Shown here: positions 8,800-18,377 of the stretch, piece after piece
Layout of the letters: each line of letters begins with the position of its first letter
How positions within the stretch are numbered: the first letter of the stretch is position 1
IMG/VR virus record: IMGVR_UViG_3300017705_000602
Origin: a virus
Taxonomy: Duplodnaviria > Heunggongvirae > Uroviricota > Caudoviricetes
Strand: one strand, 5' to 3'
Length of the DNA: 64,000 nucleotides
Notes under the pieces: model-generated
Seen by the model: only the letters and a program-made list of their open reading frames with translations
What the model was told of the DNA's origin: nothing
Database searches by the model: none
Position numbers and translations under genes: made by a program

Positions 8800-9156
8800 A
8801 TGCAAAAATTCTCAGGGTTCGAACTACCGGAAACGCCACAGTAACTTACTCTATTGGAATTGCAAAACCAAGAAGGAGCAAAAGAAACTGCGCTCGGAGT
8901 TTTAGCTACACTTCGTGTACAGTCACCGTATTCGAGTACAGTTCTAAAGTTGTGTAAGTGGGCAACGATTGCATCAGATAATCTTGTACCGCATGTGTAT
9001 GCATACACTGTGCATCAGCAAGGCCAACACAAACTGGTAATAAACATGTTCGGTAATATAGTAAACGTTGATATTGCAGACGACAACACCACTTTACAGC
9101 GTATTGCCAGCCAAGCAAATAACCATACTCACGATCATTTTATACTGGCCTGTTAA
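8800..9156 (+). pseudogene. LPxT-EE family member with in-frame TAA (or sequencing error)
   Basis: Reads MQKFSGFELPETPQ*LTLLEL; TAA at 8842-8844 where the family has Glu (GAA). Confidence 0.65.
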
Positions 9157-9167
9157 GGAGTAACACA

Positions 9168-9509
9168 ATGCAAGATATATACGGAATTGTTGAGTTTCCG
9201 GTGTCGCATGAAGAATTTACAGTTGATGTACTGGGCGCTCATTTAGATGACAAGATTACTAAACTGGTACATTTTGTAGACGAACATCCGAATCTTCGCG
9301 ACACTGTGGTAATGATGTACTCAGAGTGGGTAATGGATAACATCGACACAATCAAAGAATTCGGAATGCTGTCGACCGAAAACTGTATCGAGTATATCAA
9401 TATCATTGTAGGAATCAGCGCAGAGTACTGCATAAAAATAAGCTGGCCTTGTGCAACAGCAACCGAGCAAAGGTTGTATGATTTAACGGTAGGCACAGAC
9501 AATGGTTAA
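9168..9509 (+). CDS. LPxT-EE family small protein
   Basis: FPVSHEEFTVDVL; SD AAGGAG. Confidence 0.75.
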   Translation: MQDIYGIVEFPVSHEEFTVDVLGAHLDDKITKLVHFVDEHPNLRDTVVMMYSEWVMDNIDTIKEFGMLSTENCIEYINIIVGISAEYCIKISWPCATATEQRLYDLTVGTDNG

Positions 9510-9816
9510 ATTACCGGAATCCGAGCAAGAATTCTTGCTGTGGAAATTAGAAAAGCAGGACTACGAAGCACCTTTTTCACAGCAAGAGTTAGAATGTACA
9601 TGGCAGTGGTTGATAAGAAACCACGCTCGTTTCCAGGATCGTATGCTTTACATCCTGGAAACAGATGCAGGACTCGGCTATCAGACTTATGTTTACCTGT
9701 TTGACAATACTTGCGTCTTTTATGCATGCGATGCGGCTGTGCATCACGAATACACATTTGATCACTTCGAGCAAGCGATTGGCAAAGTGATCGAATTCGA
9801 ACACAGGTTGATTTGA
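9502..9816 (+). CDS. LPxT-EE family small protein
   Basis: LPESEQEFLLWKLE. Confidence 0.75.
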   Translation: MVKLPESEQEFLLWKLEKQDYEAPFSQQELECTWQWLIRNHARFQDRMLYILETDAGLGYQTYVYLFDNTCVFYACDAAVHHEYTFDHFEQAIGKVIEFEHRLI

Positions 9817-9817
9817 A

Positions 9818-10150
9818 ATGATTACAATAAACGGTATCAACATACCAGAAACTCCAGAAGAAATGCTCATGGTGCATCTCGAAACATCGGGCGAGACTGG
9901 CACCATGCTGGCAGGTTTATTTTCGATAACTTCTAGAATAAGCCGGCACGAGGAATGCGAAATAATATCCAATTGGTTGTGCGAGCAGACACTTATTGAG
10001 TTCGATTACAAGTATTCCCGCTCCAACGGGAACCTACACATGAAGCCTGTGAACAGTACCCACTGGCATATTATAAGCAAAAGACACCACGACTGGTTTT
10101 ACAAACTTTCGAGTTTTGTGACTACAAAGATGACATACGAATATGTTTAA
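9818..10150 (+). CDS. LPxT-EE family small protein
   Basis: IPETPEEMLMVHLE. Confidence 0.75.
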   Translation: MITINGINIPETPEEMLMVHLETSGETGTMLAGLFSITSRISRHEECEIISNWLCEQTLIEFDYKYSRSNGNLHMKPVNSTHWHIISKRHHDWFYKLSSFVTTKMTYEYV

Positions 10151-10487
10151 AGTTGATGCAATAAGCGAAACATACGAACTGCCGTTATCGGATCACGAAT
10201 GGACTGTGTTTATGTTACAAGGCAGTGACGATATTAATTGCCTGGTAGATACAATGGACAGTGGCGCCTTAACACCACAACAGCGCGATGCTCTTATACG
10301 TCGATTTAACACATGGGTTGCTCAGAATCTGGACAAGTTCGACGTAGACTTTAGCAAATCTGACGACACGGAACTTTGTGCAGTAATGAGATGCAAGCAG
10401 GTTCCTGATTTTCGATACCATGTTTACGACGAACCATTCGACCGAAAATTGTGGGAGTTAATTGTTCAATATGCAGACAACAAGTAA
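10143..10487 (+). CDS. LPxT-EE family small protein
   Basis: LPLSDHEWTVFML. Confidence 0.75.
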   Translation: MFKVDAISETYELPLSDHEWTVFMLQGSDDINCLVDTMDSGALTPQQRDALIRRFNTWVAQNLDKFDVDFSKSDDTELCAVMRCKQVPDFRYHVYDEPFDRKLWELIVQYADNK

Positions 10488-10803
10488 CACACAGAATATC
10501 GAGTTACCAGAAAGTAAGCAGGATCTATTAATGTGGGCCATGCTGTATTCTGACATAGGACGAAATTTTCAAAACTATTACTACCAGCATCACGCGCAAC
10601 GAGATACCTTGCCACGAAGTGCCGCGGTGAAAGACATTACCGAATGGATTTTCAGAGTGTGTGAATTTGCACCCGAATCAGTGGTTTTAGTTTCTGATAC
10701 CCGTCCGTTTGATGTTCTCAAGATTAACGGAATTACTATCTGCAGAATGATGCACGACACAAAAAAATACAGAGCAATAAAACGACTGCTCAAAAAAGCG
10801 TAG
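10471..10803 (+). CDS. LPxT-EE family small protein
   Basis: LPESKQDLLMWAML...EWIFRV...INGI. Confidence 0.75.
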   Translation: MQTTSNTQNIELPESKQDLLMWAMLYSDIGRNFQNYYYQHHAQRDTLPRSAAVKDITEWIFRVCEFAPESVVLVSDTRPFDVLKINGITICRMMHDTKKYRAIKRLLKKA

Positions 10804-10807
10804 CGCC

Positions 10808-11176
10808 GTGAACAGTGTTGTACTAAATAACTGCATGTATGCAAAAGACCTTCCGGTAACCGAACAAGAAGTTTCAGCTTGGGCTCTCGACTATTCACCA
10901 TCTTTTACGTGGAAAGATATAGATGACCACGAAGACATAGTGCTGAATACCAATCTCATCATCGACTGGATATGCAATGTTGTTACTATAAATTACCCGC
11001 ATCTGATCACACTAGATTTCAGAGAACATAAAGTACCACGAATAAACATTGCAGGCGTGAGAGTAGCAGGTGGCTTAATTCCGATGATACTTGTAAAGCG
11101 ACACATTGACAAACACAACGTTGATGTTCAAACTGTAGGAGAATTTAAACAAATGATAGAGCTAAAGTTTGACTAA
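10808..11176 (+). CDS. LPxT-EE family small protein
   Basis: LPVTEQEVSAWAL...DWICNV...YPHLI...IAGV. Confidence 0.75.
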   Translation: MNSVVLNNCMYAKDLPVTEQEVSAWALDYSPSFTWKDIDDHEDIVLNTNLIIDWICNVVTINYPHLITLDFREHKVPRINIAGVRVAGGLIPMILVKRHIDKHNVDVQTVGEFKQMIELKFD

Positions 11177-11513
11177 CCGATTACCAGAAACCAGAGAAGA
11201 ATACACTGCATGGTCGCTTGAGTGGAACGGAAGGTTTCGCACAACATATCAGATGTATCTTACTATAAGAACAGAAATGCTAGATGTTCTCAAGCAATGG
11301 ATTATGTTTACAGTAGAACAATACCCCGATTTGGTCACAGTTGAAAGGTCTAAGGCCGGAACAAACTACAAAGTATGGATAGCTGGTGTTGAGCTATTAC
11401 AGTTTTCGTGCCTGCAACATGCCGATTTATTTCGTGTGTTACAGGATTCCCCGGGCGTTACGCACAAGGTAAAATCTTATGCAATACAAACCAACACTAC
11501 CTTCCGATTCTAA
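11169..11513 (+). CDS. LPxT-EE family small protein
   Basis: LPETREEYTAWSL...QWI...YPDLV...IAGV. Confidence 0.75.
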   Translation: MTNRLPETREEYTAWSLEWNGRFRTTYQMYLTIRTEMLDVLKQWIMFTVEQYPDLVTVERSKAGTNYKVWIAGVELLQFSCLQHADLFRVLQDSPGVTHKVKSYAIQTNTTFRF

Positions 11514-11787
11514 AGAATACGCAGTGTGGATTTTAAGTGGCCGCACTGCAACCGAGTTAGTAAGCCACAATGAAGTCGACGGTTTTTGGATACTGGATAA
11601 CTTTGTTTGGTTACACGAATGTAAAGTTATTTCAAACGTCACATACGAAAACAGCGATCAGTTAGGCTGGCATGTGTCTGTTTACATTGATCACGCATAC
11701 GCCCAATACAGCATGTTTTCTGGCACTGTTTTCTCTCGTGCAGTTGAACTTGCCAGGCAATATTACCCCCACTTGTTTGCTTCGTAG
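11479..11787 (+). CDS. LPxT-EE family small protein
   Basis: LPSDSKEYAVWIL. Confidence 0.7.
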   Translation: MQYKPTLPSDSKEYAVWILSGRTATELVSHNEVDGFWILDNFVWLHECKVISNVTYENSDQLGWHVSVYIDHAYAQYSMFSGTVFSRAVELARQYYPHLFAS

Positions 11788-11844
11788 GTTGACGTGTGGC
11801 TTCTATGTGTTATACTTTAGTATACATACACAGGGGCACACAGC

Positions 11845-12153
11845 ATGAACCAGTTACCAAAAACAATCGAAGAAGTTACTGCATGGAAGCTCACAATTCA
11901 AGACCCAAACCAGTCTGTTGAAAAAATACTTTGCCAGGGAGTTAGCATTGATCGTATCCATTCAGTAAGATCTGCTATTATCGGTTGGGTATCATTTGTG
12001 ATAAATGAATGGCCAGGACAAGTCGAATTAAAAGAAACTTCAAGTTCTTTTAAGGTTTACTGTTTCGGCGTGTTCATGGGTTACTACGAAAGCGATGACA
12101 TCATTCGCATGCTGTGCAGATACAGCCATGTTAAGCTAGAGACAATATTTTAA
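11845..12153 (+). CDS. LPxT-EE family small protein
   Basis: LPKTIEEVTAWKL; own TTGACG..TATACT promoter. Confidence 0.75.
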   Translation: MNQLPKTIEEVTAWKLTIQDPNQSVEKILCQGVSIDRIHSVRSAIIGWVSFVINEWPGQVELKETSSSFKVYCFGVFMGYYESDDIIRMLCRYSHVKLETIF

Positions 12154-12419
12154 TGTTACCAACTACCCAGCATGAGTTAAGCATGTGGTGCCTGGCACCG
12201 GAATCGGATCTCGAAAACTTTGACACATGGCTTAAAACAGAAGCGCCGAAGTTTGCCGAGCATGTGCATATTGATCAAGATCCGAACCAAAACATGTTCA
12301 AATTTTATTTGTGTGGACACTTGGTCGCTAGAATTCCTGTGAACGGAATTATCAAGTTTACACTTGCTTGTGTGCATGCCGGAACAGCCGAAGATTTCAC
12401 ATGCGATATTTCAATTTGA
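12153..12419 (+). CDS. LPxT-EE family small protein
   Basis: LPTTQHELSMWCL. Confidence 0.7.
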   Translation: MLPTTQHELSMWCLAPESDLENFDTWLKTEAPKFAEHVHIDQDPNQNMFKFYLCGHLVARIPVNGIIKFTLACVHAGTAEDFTCDISI

Positions 12420-12451
12420 TAAGTACGTAGTTAATCAACTACGGAGATAAA

Positions 12452-13204
12452 ATGCGAAACACAATTACCGAAACTGTTACACATGTACACCACTGGAACG
12501 ATACTCTGTTTTCGTTCCGTACCACTCGTCGGGATTCTTTTCGATTTGAGAACGGACAGTTTGTAATGATCGGTCTTGAAATTGAAGGCAAGCCTGTGAT
12601 GCGAGCATATTCTGTTGCTAGTGCAAATTGGGAACCCGAACTTGAATTCTTTTCCATTAAGGTCCCAGATGGTAAACTGACCAAGCACTTGCAAAAAATC
12701 AAAGTCGGAGACACAGTTACGCTGTCTTGTAAGCCTGCAGGAACATTAGTTGCTGGACAACTGTTACCAGGCAAAAACTTGTATTTGCTAGCAACTGGCA
12801 CAGGGCTTGCACCCTTTATGAGCATAATAAAAGATCCAGACATCTACGACCGTTTTGAAAAGGTAGTGCTGGTCCATTCTGTGCGCTACTGTTCCGAACT
12901 TGCATACCAGGATGAGATACTGAATGTGTTGCCACAGAACGAATTTATTGGCGACACAGTAAAACAAAAGCTCGAATACTTTCCTATTGTTACACGCGAA
13001 CCTTTTCATACACAACAGCGAATCACACGACTTTTGCAAGACGACCACTGGCATACAAAACCGTCGCAGGACCGATTTATGCTGTGCGGAAATGATGCAA
13101 TGCTCAAGGACACCATGCAAATACTTGATGCACAAGGATACGAAAAGGCCACGTCACGTTCACAAGGACATTATGTTATCGAGCATGCATTTGTAGAGAA
13201 ATAA
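12452..13204 (+). CDS. fpr: ferredoxin--NADP+ reductase (bacterial subclass I-like)
   Basis: FRFENGQFVMIGL, RAYSVAS (FAD), GKLT, ATGTGLAPF (NADP), MLCG, C-terminal AFVEK. Confidence 0.95.
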   Translation: MRNTITETVTHVHHWNDTLFSFRTTRRDSFRFENGQFVMIGLEIEGKPVMRAYSVASANWEPELEFFSIKVPDGKLTKHLQKIKVGDTVTLSCKPAGTLVAGQLLPGKNLYLLATGTGLAPFMSIIKDPDIYDRFEKVVLVHSVRYCSELAYQDEILNVLPQNEFIGDTVKQKLEYFPIVTREPFHTQQRITRLLQDDHWHTKPSQDRFMLCGNDAMLKDTMQILDAQGYEKATSRSQGHYVIEHAFVEK

Positions 13205-13205
13205 C

Positions 13206-13749
13206 ATGACCGTTGCTAAATTAGAATACATTCAAACAGAACAAGAACTTACAGCTTGGTCAATTGAGCACCAAGGCCAACAGTTGCCGTACCTGATTCG
13301 TGTTGCTGAACACTACGGGTTCTGTGGTGAAATAATGTCCGAATCGATATTATGGTTCAGGTATATGTTGCGAACCTTCCCTGATCATGTTCAGCACAAA
13401 GAGCACGGAATATACATTGCTGGTGTTCATTGCAGTGCGAAAACCTAGTTTGGTCGAATGCATAGAAAAGGTTTATGCACACAATGCCGCAATTGATGGT
13501 GCGGCCGTGTTACACACTGCGCAAGACCTTACTGCGTTTACTATCACTTACTCGAGCTATGTTGTGCTCACATTCGGTGCAAATGAGTCAGTGACCGAAT
13601 GGTTTTTACACACACGCCAAGCATTACCCAACTCAATCGAATATCAATTCAAAGGTGCCTGTGACCATGCTTGTTATTATGTGGCATGTGTTGCAGGCAT
13701 ACCAATTATAGATTTTTCAGTATTGCATAAAACAGCATCAGTGCTATAA
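13206..13749 (+). CDS. LPxT-EE family, two tandem domains in overlapping frames (13206-13448 and 13387-13749), possible frameshift
   Basis: IQTEQELTAWSI...FPDHV...IAGV and LHTAQDLTAFTI...LPNSI...VAGI. Confidence 0.55.
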
Positions 13750-13779
13750 TAATGTTTTATCACAAAAGATGCAATACAC

Positions 13780-14091
13780 ATGGAATCTTACACCTTTCCT
13801 GAAACCCGCGATGAAATTCTTTTGTGGGCACTTGCTACCAGTGTCCCGGTTGATTCTACCTGGTTCGACGAACATGAACTGGCAATTGGACCACATCTAA
13901 AGCTGGCAAACGACACTTTAAAGTGGATTGACTACGTGTGCGAAACTTACCCAGACTTGATCAAGTGGCGGTGGGTCGAAGGCGACGAAGACAAAATAAT
14001 ACCCCGTGTTGCTGGAATACCTATAGGCAAAATAAACATCCATCGCGAACTTGGTCAAACTGTGGTAGAAACTGCTCGGTCTAACACTTGA
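13780..14091 (+). CDS. LPxT-EE family small protein
   Basis: FPETRDEILLWAL...WIDYV...YPDLI...VAGI. Confidence 0.75.
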   Translation: MESYTFPETRDEILLWALATSVPVDSTWFDEHELAIGPHLKLANDTLKWIDYVCETYPDLIKWRWVEGDEDKIIPRVAGIPIGKINIHRELGQTVVETARSNT

Positions 14092-14144
14092 CTTCTTTTG
14101 TGCCTAGTGTATACTGATAGTATGTAGATTGCAGGAATCACAGT

Positions 14145-14372
14145 ATGAGACTAATGATATCTTTGTGCTTGTATGTTATCACAATTGCGCTGACAGGTGC
14201 TTTTGCAATGATAGCGGCAAATGCGGCACCGAACCCAAACGCACCACTGTGGATACTAATGGTGCTGATGGCTAACGTTTTGGCTTTTTGTACACTGTTT
14301 TCGGGTGCATTAAACTACCGAATGCGCATGTACGAATTGGAAGATCGTGATGATACCATTACCAAAAACTGA
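14145..14372 (+). CDS. small two-helix membrane protein
   Basis: Two hydrophobic segments; promoter TTGACT..TATACT and SD upstream. Confidence 0.65.
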   Translation: MRLMISLCLYVITIALTGAFAMIAANAAPNPNAPLWILMVLMANVLAFCTLFSGALNYRMRMYELEDRDDTITKN

Positions 14373-14742
14373 TCTAGAGTTCACACAGTTTGCGTTACAG
14401 TACTCGGGCAAAAGCGACACAGATTGGGCGCTAATCGAAGAATACGAATACACTGACTGTGACCAAGAATGGAAACAGATACAACAAGAACTGCATCGCT
14501 GGATAGACTGGACAGTTGCCAATCGTGCAGACCTTGTGCAATATCGTATTGCTGTAAACTCGCACCTTTGGTTGAAAACAAATAATCGTTGCATGCGTAT
14601 CTGGATAGCAGACATTGCCATAGATAATCTTGTGTTTGATGAAAAGTTTTATTATCATTACAAGAACATGCCAACCAAAGCAAAATCAAAATGGGGTGCC
14701 AGGCACGATGACATTGTTGAACGTTGTCGGCGCAAAGACTAA
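14350..14742 (+). CDS. LPxT-EE family small protein
   Basis: LPKTDLEFTQFALQYSG. Confidence 0.75.
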   Translation: MIPLPKTDLEFTQFALQYSGKSDTDWALIEEYEYTDCDQEWKQIQQELHRWIDWTVANRADLVQYRIAVNSHLWLKTNNRCMRIWIADIAIDNLVFDEKFYYHYKNMPTKAKSKWGARHDDIVERCRRKD

Positions 14743-14754
14743 CAAGGAATCGCC

Positions 14755-15156
14755 ATGAACAAACTGCAAAAATACTTTCCGGCTAGCAAGCAAGATTTGC
14801 TGATGTGGAAATTGACGTTGGACATATCTTATCCTGACTGTTACTACACTTTGTTAGGAGACCACTTGTCGGAACATGGCCGCGAAGCATTCCAGCAAGA
14901 TTTTGTCAACTGGAACACCCATGCGCTCGAAGACGAGAAAGCTTTACAACGAACATGCATGCAGTGGATAGAACATGTGTGCCGGTATGCTCCGAGCACT
15001 TTGTCGTGGGCATACACAGACGACAAGCGATCAATTGTGATCATGGTTTGCGATGTGTGCATTGGCAGCATGGAGGACGACTGTAACGAACGTGACTTTG
15101 CTGTTCGTGAACAAGTGATTTTAACCGGAAGGCACTGCAAGGAGTTTGTATGGTAA
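14755..15156 (+). CDS. LPxT-EE family small protein
   Basis: FPASKQDLLMWKL; SD AAGGA. Confidence 0.75.
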   Translation: MNKLQKYFPASKQDLLMWKLTLDISYPDCYYTLLGDHLSEHGREAFQQDFVNWNTHALEDEKALQRTCMQWIEHVCRYAPSTLSWAYTDDKRSIVIMVCDVCIGSMEDDCNERDFAVREQVILTGRHCKEFVW

Positions 15157-15476
15157 TCGAAATACCCGACCTGCCCAGTGAATGCTGTTTGCCTTGCAAT
15201 GAACAAGACCGATTGGTTTGGGCCATGACACATGCTAATCGCACAGAATGTCAGCACATGTGGATCGCCAAGCACATGCCTAATTCAGACGTATTGGGCA
15301 CCTGGATCTTGGTAAACGAATATCTCATGAGCTGGCTGGATCTTGTGCAAGAACAATGGCCCGGTTCTATCAAGCACGACAATTACTGGTTGTTGGTCGA
15401 CGGTGTTCGCATAACATCAAGTTCGGTTGTTTCTTCGAGCTCGATAGTGCAACACATAAAACAAACAAGGGGTTAA
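15150..15476 (+). CDS. LPxT-EE family small protein
   Basis: LPCNEQDRLVWAM...WLDLV...WPGSI...VDGV. Confidence 0.7.
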   Translation: MVIEIPDLPSECCLPCNEQDRLVWAMTHANRTECQHMWIAKHMPNSDVLGTWILVNEYLMSWLDLVQEQWPGSIKHDNYWLLVDGVRITSSSVVSSSSIVQHIKQTRG

Positions 15477-15478
15477 CC

Positions 15479-15877
15479 ATGCTTCCTGACTTGCCACGCA
15501 CACGTGAAGAATTCACCCAATTGGCGCTTGTGTACAACTTTGACTTTAAAGAAAACGGCTTGTACGGACACTTGTGTACACAGCTCGCAGAACACGATGA
15601 ATTTCAACTCAGCATGTACATGGTAAGCTGGTTGTTGGAATCCGTAGAAAAATTCCCAGACTTGATCACATACCAAATAGTAGAAGATCGTTCATGTGGC
15701 GAAAAGCTGGTGCTGTATGCTGCCACAGTGTTTGTGTTTGTGTTGGTTGCTGACAAAGCTGAACACGCCTTGCAAGAACTGCAAGACAAACCCGATGCTG
15801 AACAAGCTCGCAACTGCATATATGCCATACAACGTCTGGATCATGTGGTTCGATCTTGTTGTCGCAAGCGTGATTAA
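15479..15877 (+). CDS. LPxT-EE family small protein
   Basis: LPRTREEFTQLAL...FPDLI. Confidence 0.75.
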   Translation: MLPDLPRTREEFTQLALVYNFDFKENGLYGHLCTQLAEHDEFQLSMYMVSWLLESVEKFPDLITYQIVEDRSCGEKLVLYAATVFVFVLVADKAEHALQELQDKPDAEQARNCIYAIQRLDHVVRSCCRKRD

Positions 15878-15878
15878 C

Positions 15879-16181
15879 ATGAAGCTGAGTGATTGGGTAC
15901 ACATGCCCACAAACTCGCAAGAAGTCACACAGTTTGCGATGGCGCACAGTGGACATTACAGCTTGTGTTTGCACATTGCACAATTGGCAACTGCGGCAAC
16001 ACCCATACAAGATCGAAACCGGTGGACCATGTTGCGCATGATCGCGCAGGCACATCTGGCCTTGCAACAATGGCAACAGCACACACCATTGCAACAGTAC
16101 GTGCAACGCACCACAACCCAAGTTGTGTTTGCAGGTGTTGTGTTATACCCAATACCACAAAGGAGAACTCGTGATGTATAA
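15879..16181 (+). CDS. LPxT-EE family small protein
   Basis: MPTNSQEVTQFAMAHSGH...FAGV. Confidence 0.7.
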   Translation: MKLSDWVHMPTNSQEVTQFAMAHSGHYSLCLHIAQLATAATPIQDRNRWTMLRMIAQAHLALQQWQQHTPLQQYVQRTTTQVVFAGVVLYPIPQRRTRDV

Positions 16182-16470
16182 CTTGCCCACAACTGATCTT
16201 GAATTCACACAGTTTGCGATGGAGCACAGTGGACACTCACAGTCGTTTTATGCGCGTGTGCTGGATCGTGCAGTGCCTGTAGACAAAATGAAAGTGCGTG
16301 CATGGGTAAAACAAACATGCCGAGACAGACCCAAACAGTGCCGAACACAGCCAGTTGTGCGTCGAGAGCGCACTTGCACTGAGTTGTACATAGCCGGCGT
16401 CCTGATCTTGACTTCCAATCACGAACGCACAGTGCAACAGTTTGCTGACTGGGAAAAGCTTGATGCATAA
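16174..16470 (+). CDS. LPxT-EE family small protein
   Basis: LPTTDLEFTQFAMEHSGH...IAGV; DNA-level identity to the preceding gene (CACACAGTTTGCGATGG.GCACAGTGGACA). Confidence 0.75.
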   Translation: MYNLPTTDLEFTQFAMEHSGHSQSFYARVLDRAVPVDKMKVRAWVKQTCRDRPKQCRTQPVVRRERTCTELYIAGVLILTSNHERTVQQFADWEKLDA

Positions 16471-16813
16471 ACCAGACCCATTGCCGCGCACACGTGAAGA
16501 ATTTATGGTGTGGTACTTGCAACATCATGACTGGCACCGGCGCTCCACCATCGCAGAAGAGTCTTGGGGTACCTGGTACAAGAACGAAACAGTGTGTTAC
16601 CAACTGCAATGCACACGCGAACACATCATGCACATGAGCTTTCGAGAACATGAAGCAGTCGACAGCGTGCTCACGACGGTCAACCATGCAATCAAGTCAT
16701 GGCTTGCCCACACACAACAACACTTTCCTGACCTGGTTGAATCAGAACACACCGGTTGCGTTGAACACACTCGTTTCATGGGCATCACAGTGTACAGCAG
16801 TATAGTGTTATGA
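16463..16813 (+). CDS. LPxT-EE family small protein
   Basis: LPRTREEFMVWYL...FPDLV. Confidence 0.75.
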   Translation: MHKPDPLPRTREEFMVWYLQHHDWHRRSTIAEESWGTWYKNETVCYQLQCTREHIMHMSFREHEAVDSVLTTVNHAIKSWLAHTQQHFPDLVESEHTGCVEHTRFMGITVYSSIVL

Positions 16814-17094
16814 AGTTGCCCGACTTGCCTCACACACGTGAACAATGCACACAGTTTGCATTAACATACAGCGGCCTTGCGCTGCCTGTGTTCAACCATT
16901 TTCTTGAACAGTTTGCACATCTGCGTCACGATCCTGACTGCAATGCACGCGCAATCCGGCGTCACATAAATGTGTGGCTGATGCAGATTGAACATGAACT
17001 TCCCGACTTGTTGTACACAGACACAGACACCATAGAATCCGCTCGCTTGATACGTGTGGCCGGCGTCACTGTGTTCTCCAGTTACCGAACCTGA
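16810..17094 (+). CDS. LPxT-EE family small protein
   Basis: LPHTREQCTQFALTYSG...LPDLL...VAGV. Confidence 0.75.
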   Translation: MKLPDLPHTREQCTQFALTYSGLALPVFNHFLEQFAHLRHDPDCNARAIRRHINVWLMQIEHELPDLLYTDTDTIESARLIRVAGVTVFSSYRT

Positions 17095-17109
17095 CAGCGG
17101 TATCACGTC

Positions 17110-17406
17110 TTGAAGTTGCCACACACAGCACCGGAGTTCACACTGTTCGCATTAACATACAGTAACAGCAACGAACCCTGGATCAACCTGGTGTACAACC
17201 GCCCCAGATCACGCACAACCGATCGAGGCACTTATCTGGGCATTGCATTAGCATACCAATACACTGCAATCATGCCCGAACTTGTCCGCTGGCTTGAACA
17301 CGTAGAACACAACTTTCCTGACTTACTGCGCACAGACAACTGCGATCTTGAACGAGCACTGTATATTGCAGTAGCAGGTGTTTGCATATACGACAGTCGT
17401 CCTTGA
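17110..17406 (+). CDS. LPxT-EE family small protein
   Basis: LPHTAPEFTLFALTYS...FPDLL...VAGV. Confidence 0.75.
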   Translation: MKLPHTAPEFTLFALTYSNSNEPWINLVYNRPRSRTTDRGTYLGIALAYQYTAIMPELVRWLEHVEHNFPDLLRTDNCDLERALYIAVAGVCIYDSRP

Positions 17407-17887
17407 TTGTACATAAAAGAAAACAAAAATCACTGTTACAGTACACAGTACAAATAAAAGCACAAAAGACCCATGTGTACACGTAGTAGTCGAGACACTG
17501 TACAGTGACAAAATCAGCCAAATACCATGCAATTTTAAGCCCTGTAACACACAAAACAACCACGCTCAAGCCCGCATAAACACTAGCATGCACACAGCCT
17601 AAACACACCGTGAATGTGCAAATGATAGTGAAAAACACCACATAGTAGCGAAAAGCACTATTTTTTACAACATAAATAAAAGCTTAAAACGCTTGTGTCT
17701 CTACGCGAATGATAGTAGTATAAAATGATACAGTATAACAGTAGTAGACAAGAATGAACGCCAAGAACCAAGCAAAACTTTACGCAATTTGGATAGCAGC
17801 CGCAGTAGGAGCCTGCACAGTGAGCACAGCCATTGCAGTCTTGATTTGGGTAGCAGTACGCTAGTGAACACTCAGGAACAGGATACC

Positions 17888-18106
17888 ATGCCCGTGAAGG
17901 ATTTAGAAATCACCATTGCTGTTAGCCCAGCAGACATTGACGCAATAGTCGCAATGATAAACCGTGATCGTGCGCCCTGCAATCACATTACTGCACAACA
18001 GTTCCGCAAGAACGAAAACTTGAAAACACCGTATGTTTGGCTAACAGAACTCAGCCAAGACGATCCACTGGAATTGGATATGACATTCAGTGTACGGTTG
18101 CCATGA
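17888..18106 (+). CDS. hypothetical protein
   Basis: SD AGGA then ATG 17888. Confidence 0.5.
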   Translation: MPVKDLEITIAVSPADIDAIVAMINRDRAPCNHITAQQFRKNENLKTPYVWLTELSQDDPLELDMTFSVRLP

Positions 18107-18377
18107 ACATGCATGACGCACATGTACAGTTAAAGCGCAGGCTAGACATCTGTTTCTACTTGTGCTTTCCACCGTACCTAGCACACTGCGTTGAACGCTG
18201 GGATTGAATATATGTATTGGCCAAATACCTATCTCAGATTCGGAATCTTGAATAGCAATCTCGGTCTAGGTCATGTGGTCAGATTCGGTACACAACTTGC
18301 GCGGGTGTGTGCCATTCTTGCGTGCCGATCTTGTGTGGCATTCTTGCGTCAAGATCCTGAATACCACAGTGGAGAAC

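Noticed and set aside
8842-8844. Stop-codon reassignment in this genome
   Set aside because: Single case; TAA, TAG and TGA all terminate genes normally and long genes are uninterrupted.
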